64,000 bases of DNA from Candidatus Sericytochromatia bacterium (GCA_040400605.1 JBBAPZ010000003.1:170577-234576), one strand, 5' to 3'. Shown: positions 40,669 through 51,698, counted from the first letter of the stretch. Notes: generated by a model not told the origin, from the letters alone. Program-made: numbers and translations.

Positions 40669-42625
40669 ATTGTTCCAAAAATTGTTGTATGTGGGTTATA
40701 CAGGGGGCCAAGTCAGGGTAACGGGTCAATTGTTCCAAAATGTCCTGACTTGTTGCATTCGGTGCCAAGGTCACGCCGTGACGCTTTAACTCCTTTTTCA
40801 ACGCTCGAAAGGGTTTTGATGCGGGGTGTGGGGATGGCTGAGCTTTGCGGCGCTTTGCCCGGATGAGCAGGTAGCTTGCCAAGGGGAGCAAGAATATAAG
40901 TGTCAAAAAGGTTGTACCCAGTGTCTCCCGTATCCAGACAAACAGTTCGCCCAAGCGACGCAGAGGTGGAGAAATTGTGTCGGAGTCTACCGGCGCAGGC
41001 ATGCTCCATCCTGGTGTTGCTTCAAACGGAATCCAGCCGACGCTCGGGAGATACGCCTCGACCCAGGCGTGGGCGTCCCTTCCCGTTACCTCATGGAGTC
41101 CTGTGAGGGGGTGACGGCGTCCCGGTGCATAGCCCGTGACCAGGCGGGTGGGAATGCCCGCAACCCGTGCGGTCATTGCCAGTGTTGTTGCAAAATGCTC
41201 ACAAAAACCGCTGCGTTGGACGAATAGAAAGTGATCCGTCGCTTCTTTACCTGGGCCGAGCTTTGGAACGTCAAGACGATAGGTGCAACGCGTTGCCAAC
41301 ATTTCGCTCAAACGCCCCATCGTTTGGAAGGGTGTTTCGCCCTGGATGGGGCGCACCAGGGCTTTCACCCGTGGTGTCAAGGCGCTTGTGTCGAGATAGG
41401 GCGCAAGCGCCTGTGTTCGCGGTGCCAAGGGCAAGCGGGCCAATTCGGCTCGCGTGAGCGCGAGATTCACGGCTCGAACCGAGTAATACATTCCTGCTTG
41501 CAGCAAGAAAGGTGAACGCAAGGCAGCGTAGTCATCCAGCCAGATCAGGCCACTTGGAAAATAGATTAGCTGCGGCTGCAGCGCACTAAAAATCAAATTG
41601 GCTGAATCCTGCTCCACATAGTAGGTCTGTAATTCCGGTTCACCCCGCCAGGCCGGCTGTATCGGCGGATTGAACGCATCATTGTCTGGTGAAAGCGCCT
41701 TAACGGCGTCAGGGTCTCGCATGCGCCATTTCCGGCCGTCGTAATGGTCAAAGGCCATCGCCCGCCAATAATGCGGATGAGGACTGTTGACGCGCATGAT
41801 GACCCGGTCATGCAAGACAGGCTGCCCGCCCACTTCAAGCTGCGTGTCGAACCGGTGATCCGCGTTGCCGTCGCGTTGGGTCTGGCGACCCCCGGTCCTG
41901 GATGGCCCCACGCTTTGACGAATGCGAGCATCCAGGGTTGCAGGGAGGCCCAGCGACAAGGACATCAAGGGTCGATGCTGTGTTCCTGAGCGCGTTCCAC
42001 GCGGCGCAACGACAAACACTGGCAAGGCGACGGGTAGCATCAGGACGAGCGTTAACAGCAAAACGCCGACCGTTCTGAGTCCTGACACAGTTTGCACGCG
42101 AAGTTCATCACGCCACGCTTCATGGTGCCCCCAAAAGAGGCTGAGGACAAAAGCCAAGACAAACCAAAGGAAACCGGCTTCACGGTGCAAAGAGCCTGTA
42201 ACGACCATCAAGACGCCTGCAACCATGGTGGCAACCCGCAAGTTGGTCAATCGGGGTAAATCCCAACTGTTCATGACCTGCAGCCAGACCAGTAACTGCC
42301 CAAGTGCGAGGGGCAGTTCCATGGCGCCAAATACCATGTTGCGCAGGGATTGATACAAAGCCACCAGCATGGCGATCGCCAACAACCACTTTAACGCAAG
42401 GTTTCGACGGAATCGCATCGCATAGCTGAAGATGGATCCACACAACAGCGCGACAAGCAAGACCAGTGTCGGCAATTGCGGGTCGACCGTACCGTAGGCC
42501 ACGATCGCAGTGACTGAATTGATGGCGATCGCAAGGCGTAAACGCCAGGCGCCAATAACCGGCACCGGCGCGAAACTGCTGCGAAGCTGGTCCGACAGGT
42601 TGTGCCAGCCCACTGATTCACGCAT
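40538..42625 (-). CDS. Membrane transglutaminase-like protein (DUF3488/TgpA type)
   Basis: N-terminal TM helices, YWRAMAFDHYDG, GFCEHFAT, DAHAWVE. Confidence 0.9.
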   Translation of the reverse strand: MRESVGWHNLSDQLRSSFAPVPVIGAWRLRLAIAINSVTAIVAYGTVDPQLPTLVLLVALLCGSIFSYAMRFRRNLALKWLLAIAMLVALYQSLRNMVFGAMELPLALGQLLVWLQVMNSWDLPRLTNLRVATMVAGVLMVVTGSLHREAGFLWFVLAFVLSLFWGHHEAWRDELRVQTVSGLRTVGVLLLTLVLMLPVALPVFVVAPRGTRSGTQHRPLMSLSLGLPATLDARIRQSVGPSRTGGRQTQRDGNADHRFDTQLEVGGQPVLHDRVIMRVNSPHPHYWRAMAFDHYDGRKWRMRDPDAVKALSPDNDAFNPPIQPAWRGEPELQTYYVEQDSANLIFSALQPQLIYFPSGLIWLDDYAALRSPFLLQAGMYYSVRAVNLALTRAELARLPLAPRTQALAPYLDTSALTPRVKALVRPIQGETPFQTMGRLSEMLATRCTYRLDVPKLGPGKEATDHFLFVQRSGFCEHFATTLAMTARVAGIPTRLVTGYAPGRRHPLTGLHEVTGRDAHAWVEAYLPSVGWIPFEATPGWSMPAPVDSDTISPPLRRLGELFVWIRETLGTTFLTLIFLLPLASYLLIRAKRRKAQPSPHPASKPFRALKKELKRHGVTLAPNATSQDILEQLTRYPDLAPCITHIQQFLEQYEFTRFAKPEESPSQQALQTQWHQLRQRLRTISAGHKPHRSNH

Positions 42626-43772
42626 CGCTGGCTCCTTCCAGGCTCACGCCTGGCGATGCACCGACGGGACAAACGATGGCAGCACCTGCGATGCCACGAC
42701 CATCGCCCGGACAATGAATAAAATGCCCGGCATCGACGGCTGTCACGCAAGCGGCATCCGCTGATAAAAGATAGGCACTGCGCTCACAATCCGGGGCCTG
42801 TGCGTCGTCAGTGGGATGCACCAGTGCCAAAAAGGCATGATCCGCCAAGTTGCCATAAGACGCGAGATCCGGTATGGCAGACGCTTGCGTGACCAAGATG
42901 ACCGGATGGCCCATTTGCCGCCACGCGGCGTACAATGTCGCAGCAACCCGCACGAGGTGCTCGTGAACGGATTGTTCCAGTCCCAAGCGACGCATGTCCA
43001 GATAAAGCGTCACGCAGGCGCTGGCCGCATCGTCAGCCTCTTTGGTGTGTAAACGGCCCAAGCGCGCACTAACGCGCCAGTGGATATCGCGTAACGCATC
43101 GCCGCTGCCGTATGGACGAACGCCACGTGGTATCTGATGACCACTCAACGCGTTCGATGGCTCGGCGCCCGCTTGTCCACCCATGCGATTGAACCAGGGC
43201 AAGGTGCTTACAGGATCCGGTGCGGGGACCACCAAGATTGGCTCAGTTGGCGTCACCAGGCGGGTCAGGCTTACCAGACCGAGTGGATACGCACTTTGCA
43301 GACGCACCGAAGGAACGCGTTGAAGGCCACGTTCAACAAACGTCACAGAAGCGATGCGTTCAGCCCCCGAGCCTTCTGCCAAGCACCAACCGTAAGGGAG
43401 CAGCCGAGCACGCCACCAACCAATCCAGGGAAGATGCCGGCGTTCGGCAACCAGCACTTGACACAGATCCAGATGCTGGGCGTCAGCTGCAGTCAAACCA
43501 AAACGTAACGTGACCCAATCACCCGTGCTTACCCATCCCGGCGCATCAAGTACCAGACGGATTCCCCTCAAAGACCACCAGGCCAAAAAAGCGGCAGTTG
43601 GCGGGAGTGCCCACGCCAACGCCCCAATCACATACAGCCAGGCCGCTTGGGTTTGATAAGCCTCGGCCAGACTCGCCAATCCAAATACCAAAACAGCATA
43701 AGCCTGAGGCGTCAAGCGTGATTCCTCAATCAGGCAGGGCGTGTTGCGCCAATACGGATGCAATGAGGGCAC
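42618..43772 (-). CDS. DUF58 domain protein
   Basis: AYPLGL, VRPYGSGDALRDIHWRVSARLG; lies between MoxR and the transglutaminase. Start uncertain. Confidence 0.88.
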   Translation of the reverse strand: MPSLHPYWRNTPCLIEESRLTPQAYAVLVFGLASLAEAYQTQAAWLYVIGALAWALPPTAAFLAWWSLRGIRLVLDAPGWVSTGDWVTLRFGLTAADAQHLDLCQVLVAERRHLPWIGWWRARLLPYGWCLAEGSGAERIASVTFVERGLQRVPSVRLQSAYPLGLVSLTRLVTPTEPILVVPAPDPVSTLPWFNRMGGQAGAEPSNALSGHQIPRGVRPYGSGDALRDIHWRVSARLGRLHTKEADDAASACVTLYLDMRRLGLEQSVHEHLVRVAATLYAAWRQMGHPVILVTQASAIPDLASYGNLADHAFLALVHPTDDAQAPDCERSAYLLSADAACVTAVDAGHFIHCPGDGRGIAGAAIVCPVGASPGVSLEGASDA

Positions 43773-44682
43773 ACACTTCCTGACGCCGGCTTGCCCCTTT
43801 TTTGAGCTTTACCCGATGCGCCAAAGTCGCCACCGCCGACGCCTGCACATCGCGGGGTGTCACAAATGTACGCCCCGACACAAAAGCCAAAGCCTGCGAC
43901 ACCTTCATCCACCACAAACTTCCGCGCGGACTCACTCCCAGTGCCAATTCCGGATGCGCGCGGGTATCACGCACCACCGCCACCATGTATTGCAACAAGC
44001 TGTCATCCACAAACACGGCACGAATTTTTTCACGCAAGGTTCGCCAGGTCCGCAAAGACTCAGAGGCCTGTTCATTTTTCCCGTCATCGGTATCTGACAC
44101 CTCACGCATGGCCGCTGTCAGCAGAGCGTGTTCCGTGTCAGCATCAGGGTAGCCCAAGGTGACCGCCACGGCGAAACGATCCAGTTGGGCTTCCGGCAAC
44201 GGGAAAGTACCCTGCTGCTCCGCCGGATTTTGGGTGGCAATGACCACGAACGGCTCAGGCAACGCATAACGCTTCCCATCCACCGTGACAGCGTGCTCTT
44301 CCATCGCTTCCAACAGTGCGGCTTGTGTTCTGGGTGAGGCACGGTTCATCTCGTCCGCCAGCATCACATGGCTAAAGACGGGACCGGGCACAAACTGAAA
44401 ACGTTGTTCCCCGGGATGATAAATGTTCACCCCGGTCAAGTCACTGGGCATCAAGTCAACGCAACATTGAACGCGCCTGAATTCACCGCCCAGCGCGCCG
44501 GCCAAAGCCAGCGCCAAACGGGTTTTTCCGACACCCGGTACATCTTCGATCAACACATGGCCACCAGCCAGGACCGTTGCTAGAATGAGGCGGTTCACCT
44601 CAGACTTGCCTTGCACCACCCGGTTGATGCGCTCATATAAAATCTGGGCCGCTTCCGTCATTTGCTGCGCCATGATGGCCAT
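43726..44682 (-). CDS. moxR: MoxR-family AAA+ ATPase
   Basis: GHVLIEDVPGVGKT, DLMPSD, ADEMNRASPRTQAALLEAM, ATQNP..GTFPLPEAQLDRF. Confidence 0.95.
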   Translation of the reverse strand: MAIMAQQMTEAAQILYERINRVVQGKSEVNRLILATVLAGGHVLIEDVPGVGKTRLALALAGALGGEFRRVQCCVDLMPSDLTGVNIYHPGEQRFQFVPGPVFSHVMLADEMNRASPRTQAALLEAMEEHAVTVDGKRYALPEPFVVIATQNPAEQQGTFPLPEAQLDRFAVAVTLGYPDADTEHALLTAAMREVSDTDDGKNEQASESLRTWRTLREKIRAVFVDDSLLQYMVAVVRDTRAHPELALGVSPRGSLWWMKVSQALAFVSGRTFVTPRDVQASAVATLAHRVKLKKGASRRQEVCALIASVLAQHALPD

Positions 44683-45009
44683 GCCCCATTCTTTGATCCA
44701 ACGCCCGAACGAGTCATTAAACCACACCATGACCCCGGATGCGCCAGAGCACCCGTCATTTATTGACGTCACGCCCGAAGCCCATCAGTGAGCGCGCGCC
44801 AAGCTTACTGCCATGAAGCGGGCAGAAGCGCTTTTAGGTTGTCATTTGCCCTCAACAACCAAACTTGCATGCAATGCGACTATTCAGATCTGTGGTCGTA
44901 CCGTGTGACAAACAATGAAGACGACTGTCGCTGGGCGCTCGGCAGTTGATGGTTTGCTCTTGCTGACTGGTTCCCGTACCGTGGTGATGAAAAATCCACG
45001 AACAGATGG

Positions 45010-46200
45010 CTAAAGTGTGAAGACTCGCCAACGCCCCGGTGCCACGCGCATCAGATGCCACATGCGCGAGGCTTCCTGATGCCGCGTGAGCCATTCTTGA
45101 AGCAATTCCAGGGTTCGTTGTGCCTGGATACGGGATGCTGCATTCCAGCAAGCCCACGGCGATAGGGGTTCAAGCCACGCACCGATGCGCCATAACCGTG
45201 TGAACAGCCCTTGCCACACCTGCGGTGCCTGTCCTTCGCCGATGAGGAGCCACCCAACACCAGGCAAAGCCAATGCCTCAGCGGTCAAAGGCCGAAAGCC
45301 CCACAACGCCCGCTGTTTATCCACCACAATGAGTCGCGGCAATCGATCGTGGGTCGCTTTGTCGGCTTGATGGGTTCGAATGGCAACACCAGCCTGGCGC
45401 AGGCGTTCCAACGACAGGCGATCGCCCGCGCCAAGGTGGGATTCTCCATCCGACCAAACCACGCAGCGCACCGCAACGCCCCGACTGACCGCGTCAAGCA
45501 GCGCGTTGGCCAAGCCCGCATCCGCCCAATGGTCCAAGCTGATATCGAGACGATGCTGCGCCTGTGTCACCAGTGCCAATAGATCAACATAGGACGTTGA
45601 GGCGCCCGCCTCCCCGATTCGGATCGATACCGCATTCATTCCGGGCGCCAGTGATGAGCCGGGAGAACTCACCGGATGCCCCCCCGCCTGTTCCCAAACC
45701 TCATTGAACAAGCCACCCATCGCTGTCGCTGCCGCACCAAAAATCCGGGCCAAATAGGGATAGTCAACATCGAACGCCCCATCATGCCACGCCAGGTAAG
45801 CCCCGCGATCATCCACCACCATCGGCCCAGCAAACCCACACACGACACGGGATGAATACCGGATCACCAAACCGGACGAGCGCAGCAACGCCAAACGCTG
45901 CGCCTTCCCTTCCGTCGCCAACACCTGAACACGAACCCCCCGGTTCGCCGCAGCCTGCAACACTTCCATCAAATGTGTCCCACGTACCCCGCTTAACCAG
46001 CTCGCATCCAACTTGATGCTGGTGCAGGCCTCTGCGACAGCCAAACACATCTCGCCCCAAGCAACCCGCCGATCCAACCAATGCGTCCAATCCGCACACG
46101 ATTCAGACGGCGCCGTCATCCGAGAATCACGAGTCACCAAGGCATTCAGCCCCGGACAGGCGACTGGGGCAGGGTATTGGTTTAATTCTTTTTTAACCAT
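45010..46200 (-). CDS. Phospholipase D/cardiolipin-synthase-like protein with degenerate HKD motifs
   Basis: Two PLD halves (LQAAANRGVRVQVL; LLDAVSRGVAVRCVV); HKD positions read GPMVVDD and PRLIVVD. Confidence 0.7.
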   Translation of the reverse strand: MVKKELNQYPAPVACPGLNALVTRDSRMTAPSESCADWTHWLDRRVAWGEMCLAVAEACTSIKLDASWLSGVRGTHLMEVLQAAANRGVRVQVLATEGKAQRLALLRSSGLVIRYSSRVVCGFAGPMVVDDRGAYLAWHDGAFDVDYPYLARIFGAAATAMGGLFNEVWEQAGGHPVSSPGSSLAPGMNAVSIRIGEAGASTSYVDLLALVTQAQHRLDISLDHWADAGLANALLDAVSRGVAVRCVVWSDGESHLGAGDRLSLERLRQAGVAIRTHQADKATHDRLPRLIVVDKQRALWGFRPLTAEALALPGVGWLLIGEGQAPQVWQGLFTRLWRIGAWLEPLSPWACWNAASRIQAQRTLELLQEWLTRHQEASRMWHLMRVAPGRWRVFTL

Positions 46201-46702
46201 AGCTTAATTATAGTCTATCAAAGAGATAAACTTGCTTTATTTTGCTTGAGCGAAAAAAAATGTATCGGATTGCTGACCCGACCTCCGCAAGGTAGCCCCT
46301 GAAATCAGGTAAATACCACAAAGTGCCTTATCGGCGAGGCCCTACATTTGCCATTTTTGGCGTTTTTGCCTGATATCAGCGATCACCTCGACGCTGCCAG
46401 ATGCCCACGGCGGATGGCTGCTTCGCCCTTTGTGTGGTAGGGACGGTTTGGGGCAGGTCGCGTTGTTCCTTGCGGTGCACGCGCACAAGCCCGAGCGTCG
46501 GGGTGCAGTGGCTGTTGTTGAGCCTGGTTCCACGCGTCGATAAAGCCAGGCATTGATGGGTGACCGGATTTTGGGCTGGCACGGTCTTTCAGCAGGTGCA
46601 TGTCTGATGTTTTTTGTTTGCAACGCAGGTTTTGAGCAGCAAGCGATGCGTCATAGTAACATCTGTGGCCTGATTCAGGCGGCTGAGATGACGGTGGGTT
46701 GT

Positions 46703-47371
46703 TTAGCGTGTGTCTTCAACGACTGGATTGCGCAGGGTTCCGATACCGGTGATGCTTATTTCGACGCAGTCTCCCGGTTGTAATGGCCCGACGCCGGCAG
46801 GGGTACCGGTTGTGATGACATCACCGGGCCAGAGTGTTGCGAAGCGTGATATGTGGGCAATCAGGAAGGGTATGTTGAAGATCATGTCGCGCGTATTGCC
46901 GTGTTGCCGCACGGTACCATTTACCGTGGTGACCAGATCCAACTCGCGCCAGTCGAGTTCCCTCACCAGATGCGGACCGCAGGGCGCGAATGTGTCAAAT
47001 CCTTTGGCACGGCTCCATTGTCCGTCTGCGCGTTGCAGATCCCGTGCAGTCACATCATTCATGATGGTATAGCCGGCAATGATGGATTCCGCCTCATCAA
47101 GCGTCAGACTTCGCGCTTTTTGACCAATCACCACCGCGAGCTCACCCTCATAATCAACACGGCCGGCCCATAGCGGCAGGCGAATTGGCGCTTCTGCCGA
47201 TATCAAGGCGCTCACGGGTTTCAAAAAAACCAGGGGGTCTGAGGGCACCGCTTGCTGAAATTCAGCCGCGTGATCCGCATAGTTGCGTCCAATGGCGTAG
47301 ATATGCCGTGTGAGTGCCAAGCCCTCGGAAAACTCGGGAAAGGTCGCGAAGCGCTGAGTCATGTTACGCAC
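46703..47371 (-). CDS. Fumarylacetoacetate hydrolase family protein
   Basis: IGRNYADH, DYEGEL, NDVTARD, AKGFDTF, GDVITTGTPAGVG. Confidence 0.95.
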   Translation of the reverse strand: MRNMTQRFATFPEFSEGLALTRHIYAIGRNYADHAAEFQQAVPSDPLVFLKPVSALISAEAPIRLPLWAGRVDYEGELAVVIGQKARSLTLDEAESIIAGYTIMNDVTARDLQRADGQWSRAKGFDTFAPCGPHLVRELDWRELDLVTTVNGTVRQHGNTRDMIFNIPFLIAHISRFATLWPGDVITTGTPAGVGPLQPGDCVEISITGIGTLRNPVVEDTR

Positions 47372-47383
47372 CCCAAGTTTCCA

Positions 47384-48424
47384 TCACGCGCGTTTGCCTT
47401 CGCGCGGTGTCACGACCAGATAGCTTTTTACAGTTCGACCGTCCGTGCGGGTCTCAAGCAGGCCGGGTATCACAACGTGGGTCGAGCCGCCGCCATCCAG
47501 GGTATACGCCTCAACTGCGCCGAGGCGCCGCATCAACAAGGCCGCTTCCGCGTAACCGGCGCCTTGGCCGCGTGACCGCCCTTCGCCAATGGCCACCAAC
47601 AAGAGCTGTCCTTCCGCCGTGCGGCCCACCAGGGTCCGGGGCAACGCACTGGTGAGATCGGTATTCGGAAAGCTTTGATTCTGCACCATGCTCCTTAAAC
47701 GACGATCGAACGTGCCCGAGCGAACATCCTGTTGTAGTTCGGCACCCTCTGCTTCACTGAACAAACGACCCATGCCACCGACGAAACCGCTAACGGTGCC
47801 TGACGTTTCGCGTTCCGACAGGCCACCTTGGCCAAAGCTTACCTTGCCATCCGGTGCGAACGCCACGTGATAACGTTTATCCGAGATGGCATCGTAGTTT
47901 GTCGCAAACAGTTCATCCCGATAGGTTCGGCCAATGCCTCGCAAATCACCGAAGGTTCCGTTTTTCTCGCCAAACCCGAAAAAAGCTGCGTTGGCGCCTG
48001 CCATCAAACCTGGCATCTGACGCACCTCACTCGGCGTCACGGTTTGCACACCGTCTTTAAAGAATGACTCCAGTCGAACTTTGCCGGGTTGGATCCGCAG
48101 TACGGTTACAGGCGTACCATCCGCCGTTTGGATCGATGGCACCAAATCAACCCCGGCGCTTGCCATCTGCTTGCGAAATTGCGCCTCATCACGCCGTCGC
48201 CACAATCCTGCGACCATACCCAGAAACGCACGTAGGCCGTCGCGCCATGCCCCTTTGGGCTTTGCGGGAAGTGGATCCTCACAGGGTTTTTCCGTACCGC
48301 GGTACTCGTCTTGCGCCACACAAGCCGGATGCGGCGCCGGTTGCGAACCCAAGGCATCCAACCGGGAAAAAACCGTCCCTCGCAACCAACCACGCCCACC
48401 ACGAACCGCACTCAAGTCATTCAT
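47384..48424 (-). CDS. Phosphodiester glycosidase family (NAGPA/DUF2233) protein
   Basis: NAAFF, PRTLVG, AYTLDGGGST. Confidence 0.85.
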   Translation of the reverse strand: MNDLSAVRGGRGWLRGTVFSRLDALGSQPAPHPACVAQDEYRGTEKPCEDPLPAKPKGAWRDGLRAFLGMVAGLWRRRDEAQFRKQMASAGVDLVPSIQTADGTPVTVLRIQPGKVRLESFFKDGVQTVTPSEVRQMPGLMAGANAAFFGFGEKNGTFGDLRGIGRTYRDELFATNYDAISDKRYHVAFAPDGKVSFGQGGLSERETSGTVSGFVGGMGRLFSEAEGAELQQDVRSGTFDRRLRSMVQNQSFPNTDLTSALPRTLVGRTAEGQLLLVAIGEGRSRGQGAGYAEAALLMRRLGAVEAYTLDGGGSTHVVIPGLLETRTDGRTVKSYLVVTPREGKRA

Positions 48425-48452
48425 ATCAACTCCCTGGCCGCTTTATCGACCT

Positions 48453-50147
48453 TTACCAGTCGCGCAGACTTGCTTCCCTTTCGGAGCGGCGATCACGGGC
48501 ATACGAACTGCCCGGAATTCCTTTGGCATATTTCTTGACCTCGGCAGCAAGGCTCGACATTTCCAGAAAGTCTACAAACTGACCCCGTTGGTTATCCACC
48601 CAAGCGATCGAAATGCTGCACAGCGGGAAGGTCTGCAACTGGCCCTGACGATCCAGTGCCATAATATACCCGCGTTCCCGGTCTTCGGCCGGGTACAAAT
48701 CGATGACCCGTCGATCAAACTCGGCGCACAGCAACTGACAGGTCTCTTCAGCGTTGTCCGGCCGCGTGATGACGATGAAGTCATCGCCACCAATATGGCC
48801 GACAAATTTGACGTTAGCAGGGCCGTTTTCGCCACAGACACTGCGCAGGATGTCAGCGGTCAGTGTGATGACACGGTCGCCGGCTTCAAAGCCAAACTTG
48901 TCATTGAAAGCCTTGAAATGATCGAGATCGATGTACAGGACTGCCACCTGCTCGCCAAGTCCCAAACGACGGTTGCACTCCGCTTCGATCATCAAATTGC
49001 CCGGTAGCTTCGTCAGTGGATTGGCATTTTGATCACGGTACTGCATTTCCTGCAATGCCTCACCCATCCGGTTAAACGCCTCAGCCAGCTTACCAAGCTC
49101 GCCACCACCACGAACCTGAACCCGTTTGTCGAGTTGCCCCTGCGAGATGCACGCAGCCTGCGATGCGAGTGCCCGGATCGGTTCCGTGATCGTGAGGGCC
49201 AACCATTTGATCGCCAGTGCGCCCAGCAGCATCAAGACCAACGCCACCACCGCAATCGCTGTCACCATGTCCCGCGCCGCAGCGTGCAATGGCGTCACAT
49301 CTTCCGCGATCACCAAAGCGCCAACGAACTCCCCATACGCACCATAAAGTGGCGCCACAGCAGCCAGATAAGACACCTTGTCAATCGTCACCGGACGACG
49401 AATCGCAATCCCCAACTCGCGCGTTTTCGAAATAAGCTCGATCGGTACCTCGGTGCGGATCCGCTTGCCTTCCGCATCCCGCAAAGTCTGCGCAAGCCAG
49501 TGGGCACTGATCTTGTTTTCAGCCACAGTGCCAAGGTCAAAACTCTCGGCAATGCCCACCTCCAAACCGGTGATCCCCTTCAACTGATCGACAAACGCAT
49601 CATCCAGCTTCGTGCCAATCCGCACCGCGCCCAAAATCTCACGCCCACTGACAATCGGAACCGTTGCCTCAACAGCCAAGGCATTGCCTGGCAATACGGC
49701 TACACCTTTGGAGGATTCACCCGCCAAAGCCAAATTCAAACTCGCCGGGTGACGACGCGGACTTTTCAGGGTTGCCACATCACCTCCGTCATATACGACA
49801 CCGCCCTGACTGTTATAGACACTGACGATAGTCTCGCGACAAACACTGTGAAAATGGGCACAACGCGCAGCTAACGTGCGGGTGTCACCTTTGCGCATTT
49901 TTGCAATGAGATCAGGATTCTGCGCCAACATGTTCGCCGTCTTCAATGCATCATCCGAAAAATAATTGAATGTATGCATCGTGACATCCAAGTCGTTGTT
50001 CAAACGCTTGTAAGCCTCGATCTGCAATTTGTCCACGACCATAAAGGACACAACAACCGCCACCAACGCGACGATCGCAAGGGTCATGCCCCCGAACGCC
50101 ATCCGCAATTTTCTGTCGATTGTCATATCGATTGCCATCGAACTCAC
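48453..50147 (-). CDS. Membrane sensor diguanylate cyclase (Cache-HAMP-GGDEF)
   Basis: Two TM helices around a periplasmic domain, HAMP ELGKLAEAFNRM, NPLTKLPGN, DLDHFKAFND, GHIGGDDF. Confidence 0.92.
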   Translation of the reverse strand: MSSMAIDMTIDRKLRMAFGGMTLAIVALVAVVVSFMVVDKLQIEAYKRLNNDLDVTMHTFNYFSDDALKTANMLAQNPDLIAKMRKGDTRTLAARCAHFHSVCRETIVSVYNSQGGVVYDGGDVATLKSPRRHPASLNLALAGESSKGVAVLPGNALAVEATVPIVSGREILGAVRIGTKLDDAFVDQLKGITGLEVGIAESFDLGTVAENKISAHWLAQTLRDAEGKRIRTEVPIELISKTRELGIAIRRPVTIDKVSYLAAVAPLYGAYGEFVGALVIAEDVTPLHAAARDMVTAIAVVALVLMLLGALAIKWLALTITEPIRALASQAACISQGQLDKRVQVRGGGELGKLAEAFNRMGEALQEMQYRDQNANPLTKLPGNLMIEAECNRRLGLGEQVAVLYIDLDHFKAFNDKFGFEAGDRVITLTADILRSVCGENGPANVKFVGHIGGDDFIVITRPDNAEETCQLLCAEFDRRVIDLYPAEDRERGYIMALDRQGQLQTFPLCSISIAWVDNQRGQFVDFLEMSSLAAEVKKYAKGIPGSSYARDRRSEREASLRDW

Positions 50148-50336
50148 TCCAACCCTGATAATCCAACAACTATTGCCAACAATTGATATCCCCCCTTGCC
50201 TGGAAAAACTGTCGCGGTTTAATATAGGCTTAACCGTGAATTGGTGATTAACTCTGGTCTGTTCCGACCTACACCCATTCTTAAACCAAAATTAGCTCAA
50301 GTTGCGTGGGTGCGCTCCCGATAAGTCGAGTGAAGA

Positions 50337-51698
50337 GTGGCCTGGCGTATTCCCGTGAGGAAGACAGTACCCATGGTGGTTCCACGTTTTTTTTCTCCGT
50401 GCGCTCCGGTGCATTTTTGGTGCACGTTATCGTTGTTTGCGTTGGCACCGGCGGGTTGTGGTTATGCGGGCGATGGCGCGTTTCCCAAAGCGCGCACACG
50501 GGTTGTCGCTGACAGTGTTCCACGCTATGCCAACCGGGTGGTGGTCAAGTATCGCACAGGCACTTCCGGGCGGCAGATACAGTCATTTGCGCAGCGTTTC
50601 GCTTTGCGTTCATTGCGCGACGTGTCATCAATTGGGGTGAGCGTACTCGGATTGTCGGGGACGCAAACGGTGGACAAATCGCTTGCGCAGATTCAAGGGG
50701 CGCCGGAGGTGCAGTATGCGGAGCCTGCTTTTTTGTTCAAGTTGGCGCCGGTGGCCCGATCGCGCAAGCCGAGTGGTGTGAGGCGGTTGGCTTTCAGTGT
50801 TGACGATGGTTCGGTGAATCGTTTGCCGGATGAGGTGCCGTGGGGTTTTAACCGGATTGGTTTGAATCAGGTGCGTGCCGTCAACGCAGGCTCTTCTCAA
50901 GTGGTGGTGGCGGTGGTTGATACGGGCATTGACTTAAGTCATCCTGATTTGACGCAACAGTTGGTGCCAGGCATCAATACCTTGCCCAATGCCTCGGGGC
51001 CTGATGATGACCACGGGCATGGCACGCACGTGGCAGGCGTGATTGCCGCGCGCCCCTATCAGGGGCGGGGGCTGGTCGGGATTGCGCCCCGGTGTCGATT
51101 GATGCCGATCAAAGTGTTGGATCGCGAAGGCAAGGGTGCTACCGATGACATCGTCGCGGGTATTGTCTGGGCAGTTAACAACGGCGCTCGCGTGATTAAC
51201 CTGAGCCTGGGTGGCACGGGCGGCTCGCGTGCCCTGCGTGAGGCTGTGGACTATGCGGTCGCCAAAGATGTCCTCCTCGTGGCGGCAATGGGCAATCAAG
51301 GTGAAAACCTCCAGGAGTATCCGGCCGGTTATCCTGGCGTCATTGCGGTGGGTGCTTCCGATGAGTCGGATCAAAAAGCCGGTTTTTCCAACACCGGCTC
51401 CTGGATTTCAGTCTGCGCCCCGGGTGAAAACATTTTATCGACGCTCCCGACTCGTCCGGTTTACGTGGTCAAAAATGAAGGAAAACAGATGTACTACGAT
51501 TGGATGGACGGCACGAGCATGGCCGCTCCGTTCGTGGCAGGGGTGGCTGCTCTCTTGCGTGCTCAATACCCCAATTCGAGCGCTCAGGCGATTAAGCAGC
51601 GGTTGGAGAAAACAGCCGACGATTTGGGTTCGGCAGGCTACGACGAAGAATTTGGATTTGGTTGTATCAATGCTGCGCGTGCCCTTCGTGGCAGTTAA
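50337..51698 (+). CDS. S8 subtilisin-like serine peptidase with prodomain
   Basis: VAVVDTG, HGHGTHVAG, DGTSMAAP triad; signal with AGC. Start uncertain (50337-50373). Confidence 0.95.
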   Translation: MAWRIPVRKTVPMVVPRFFSPCAPVHFWCTLSLFALAPAGCGYAGDGAFPKARTRVVADSVPRYANRVVVKYRTGTSGRQIQSFAQRFALRSLRDVSSIGVSVLGLSGTQTVDKSLAQIQGAPEVQYAEPAFLFKLAPVARSRKPSGVRRLAFSVDDGSVNRLPDEVPWGFNRIGLNQVRAVNAGSSQVVVAVVDTGIDLSHPDLTQQLVPGINTLPNASGPDDDHGHGTHVAGVIAARPYQGRGLVGIAPRCRLMPIKVLDREGKGATDDIVAGIVWAVNNGARVINLSLGGTGGSRALREAVDYAVAKDVLLVAAMGNQGENLQEYPAGYPGVIAVGASDESDQKAGFSNTGSWISVCAPGENILSTLPTRPVYVVKNEGKQMYYDWMDGTSMAAPFVAGVAALLRAQYPNSSAQAIKQRLEKTADDLGSAGYDEEFGFGCINAARALRGS

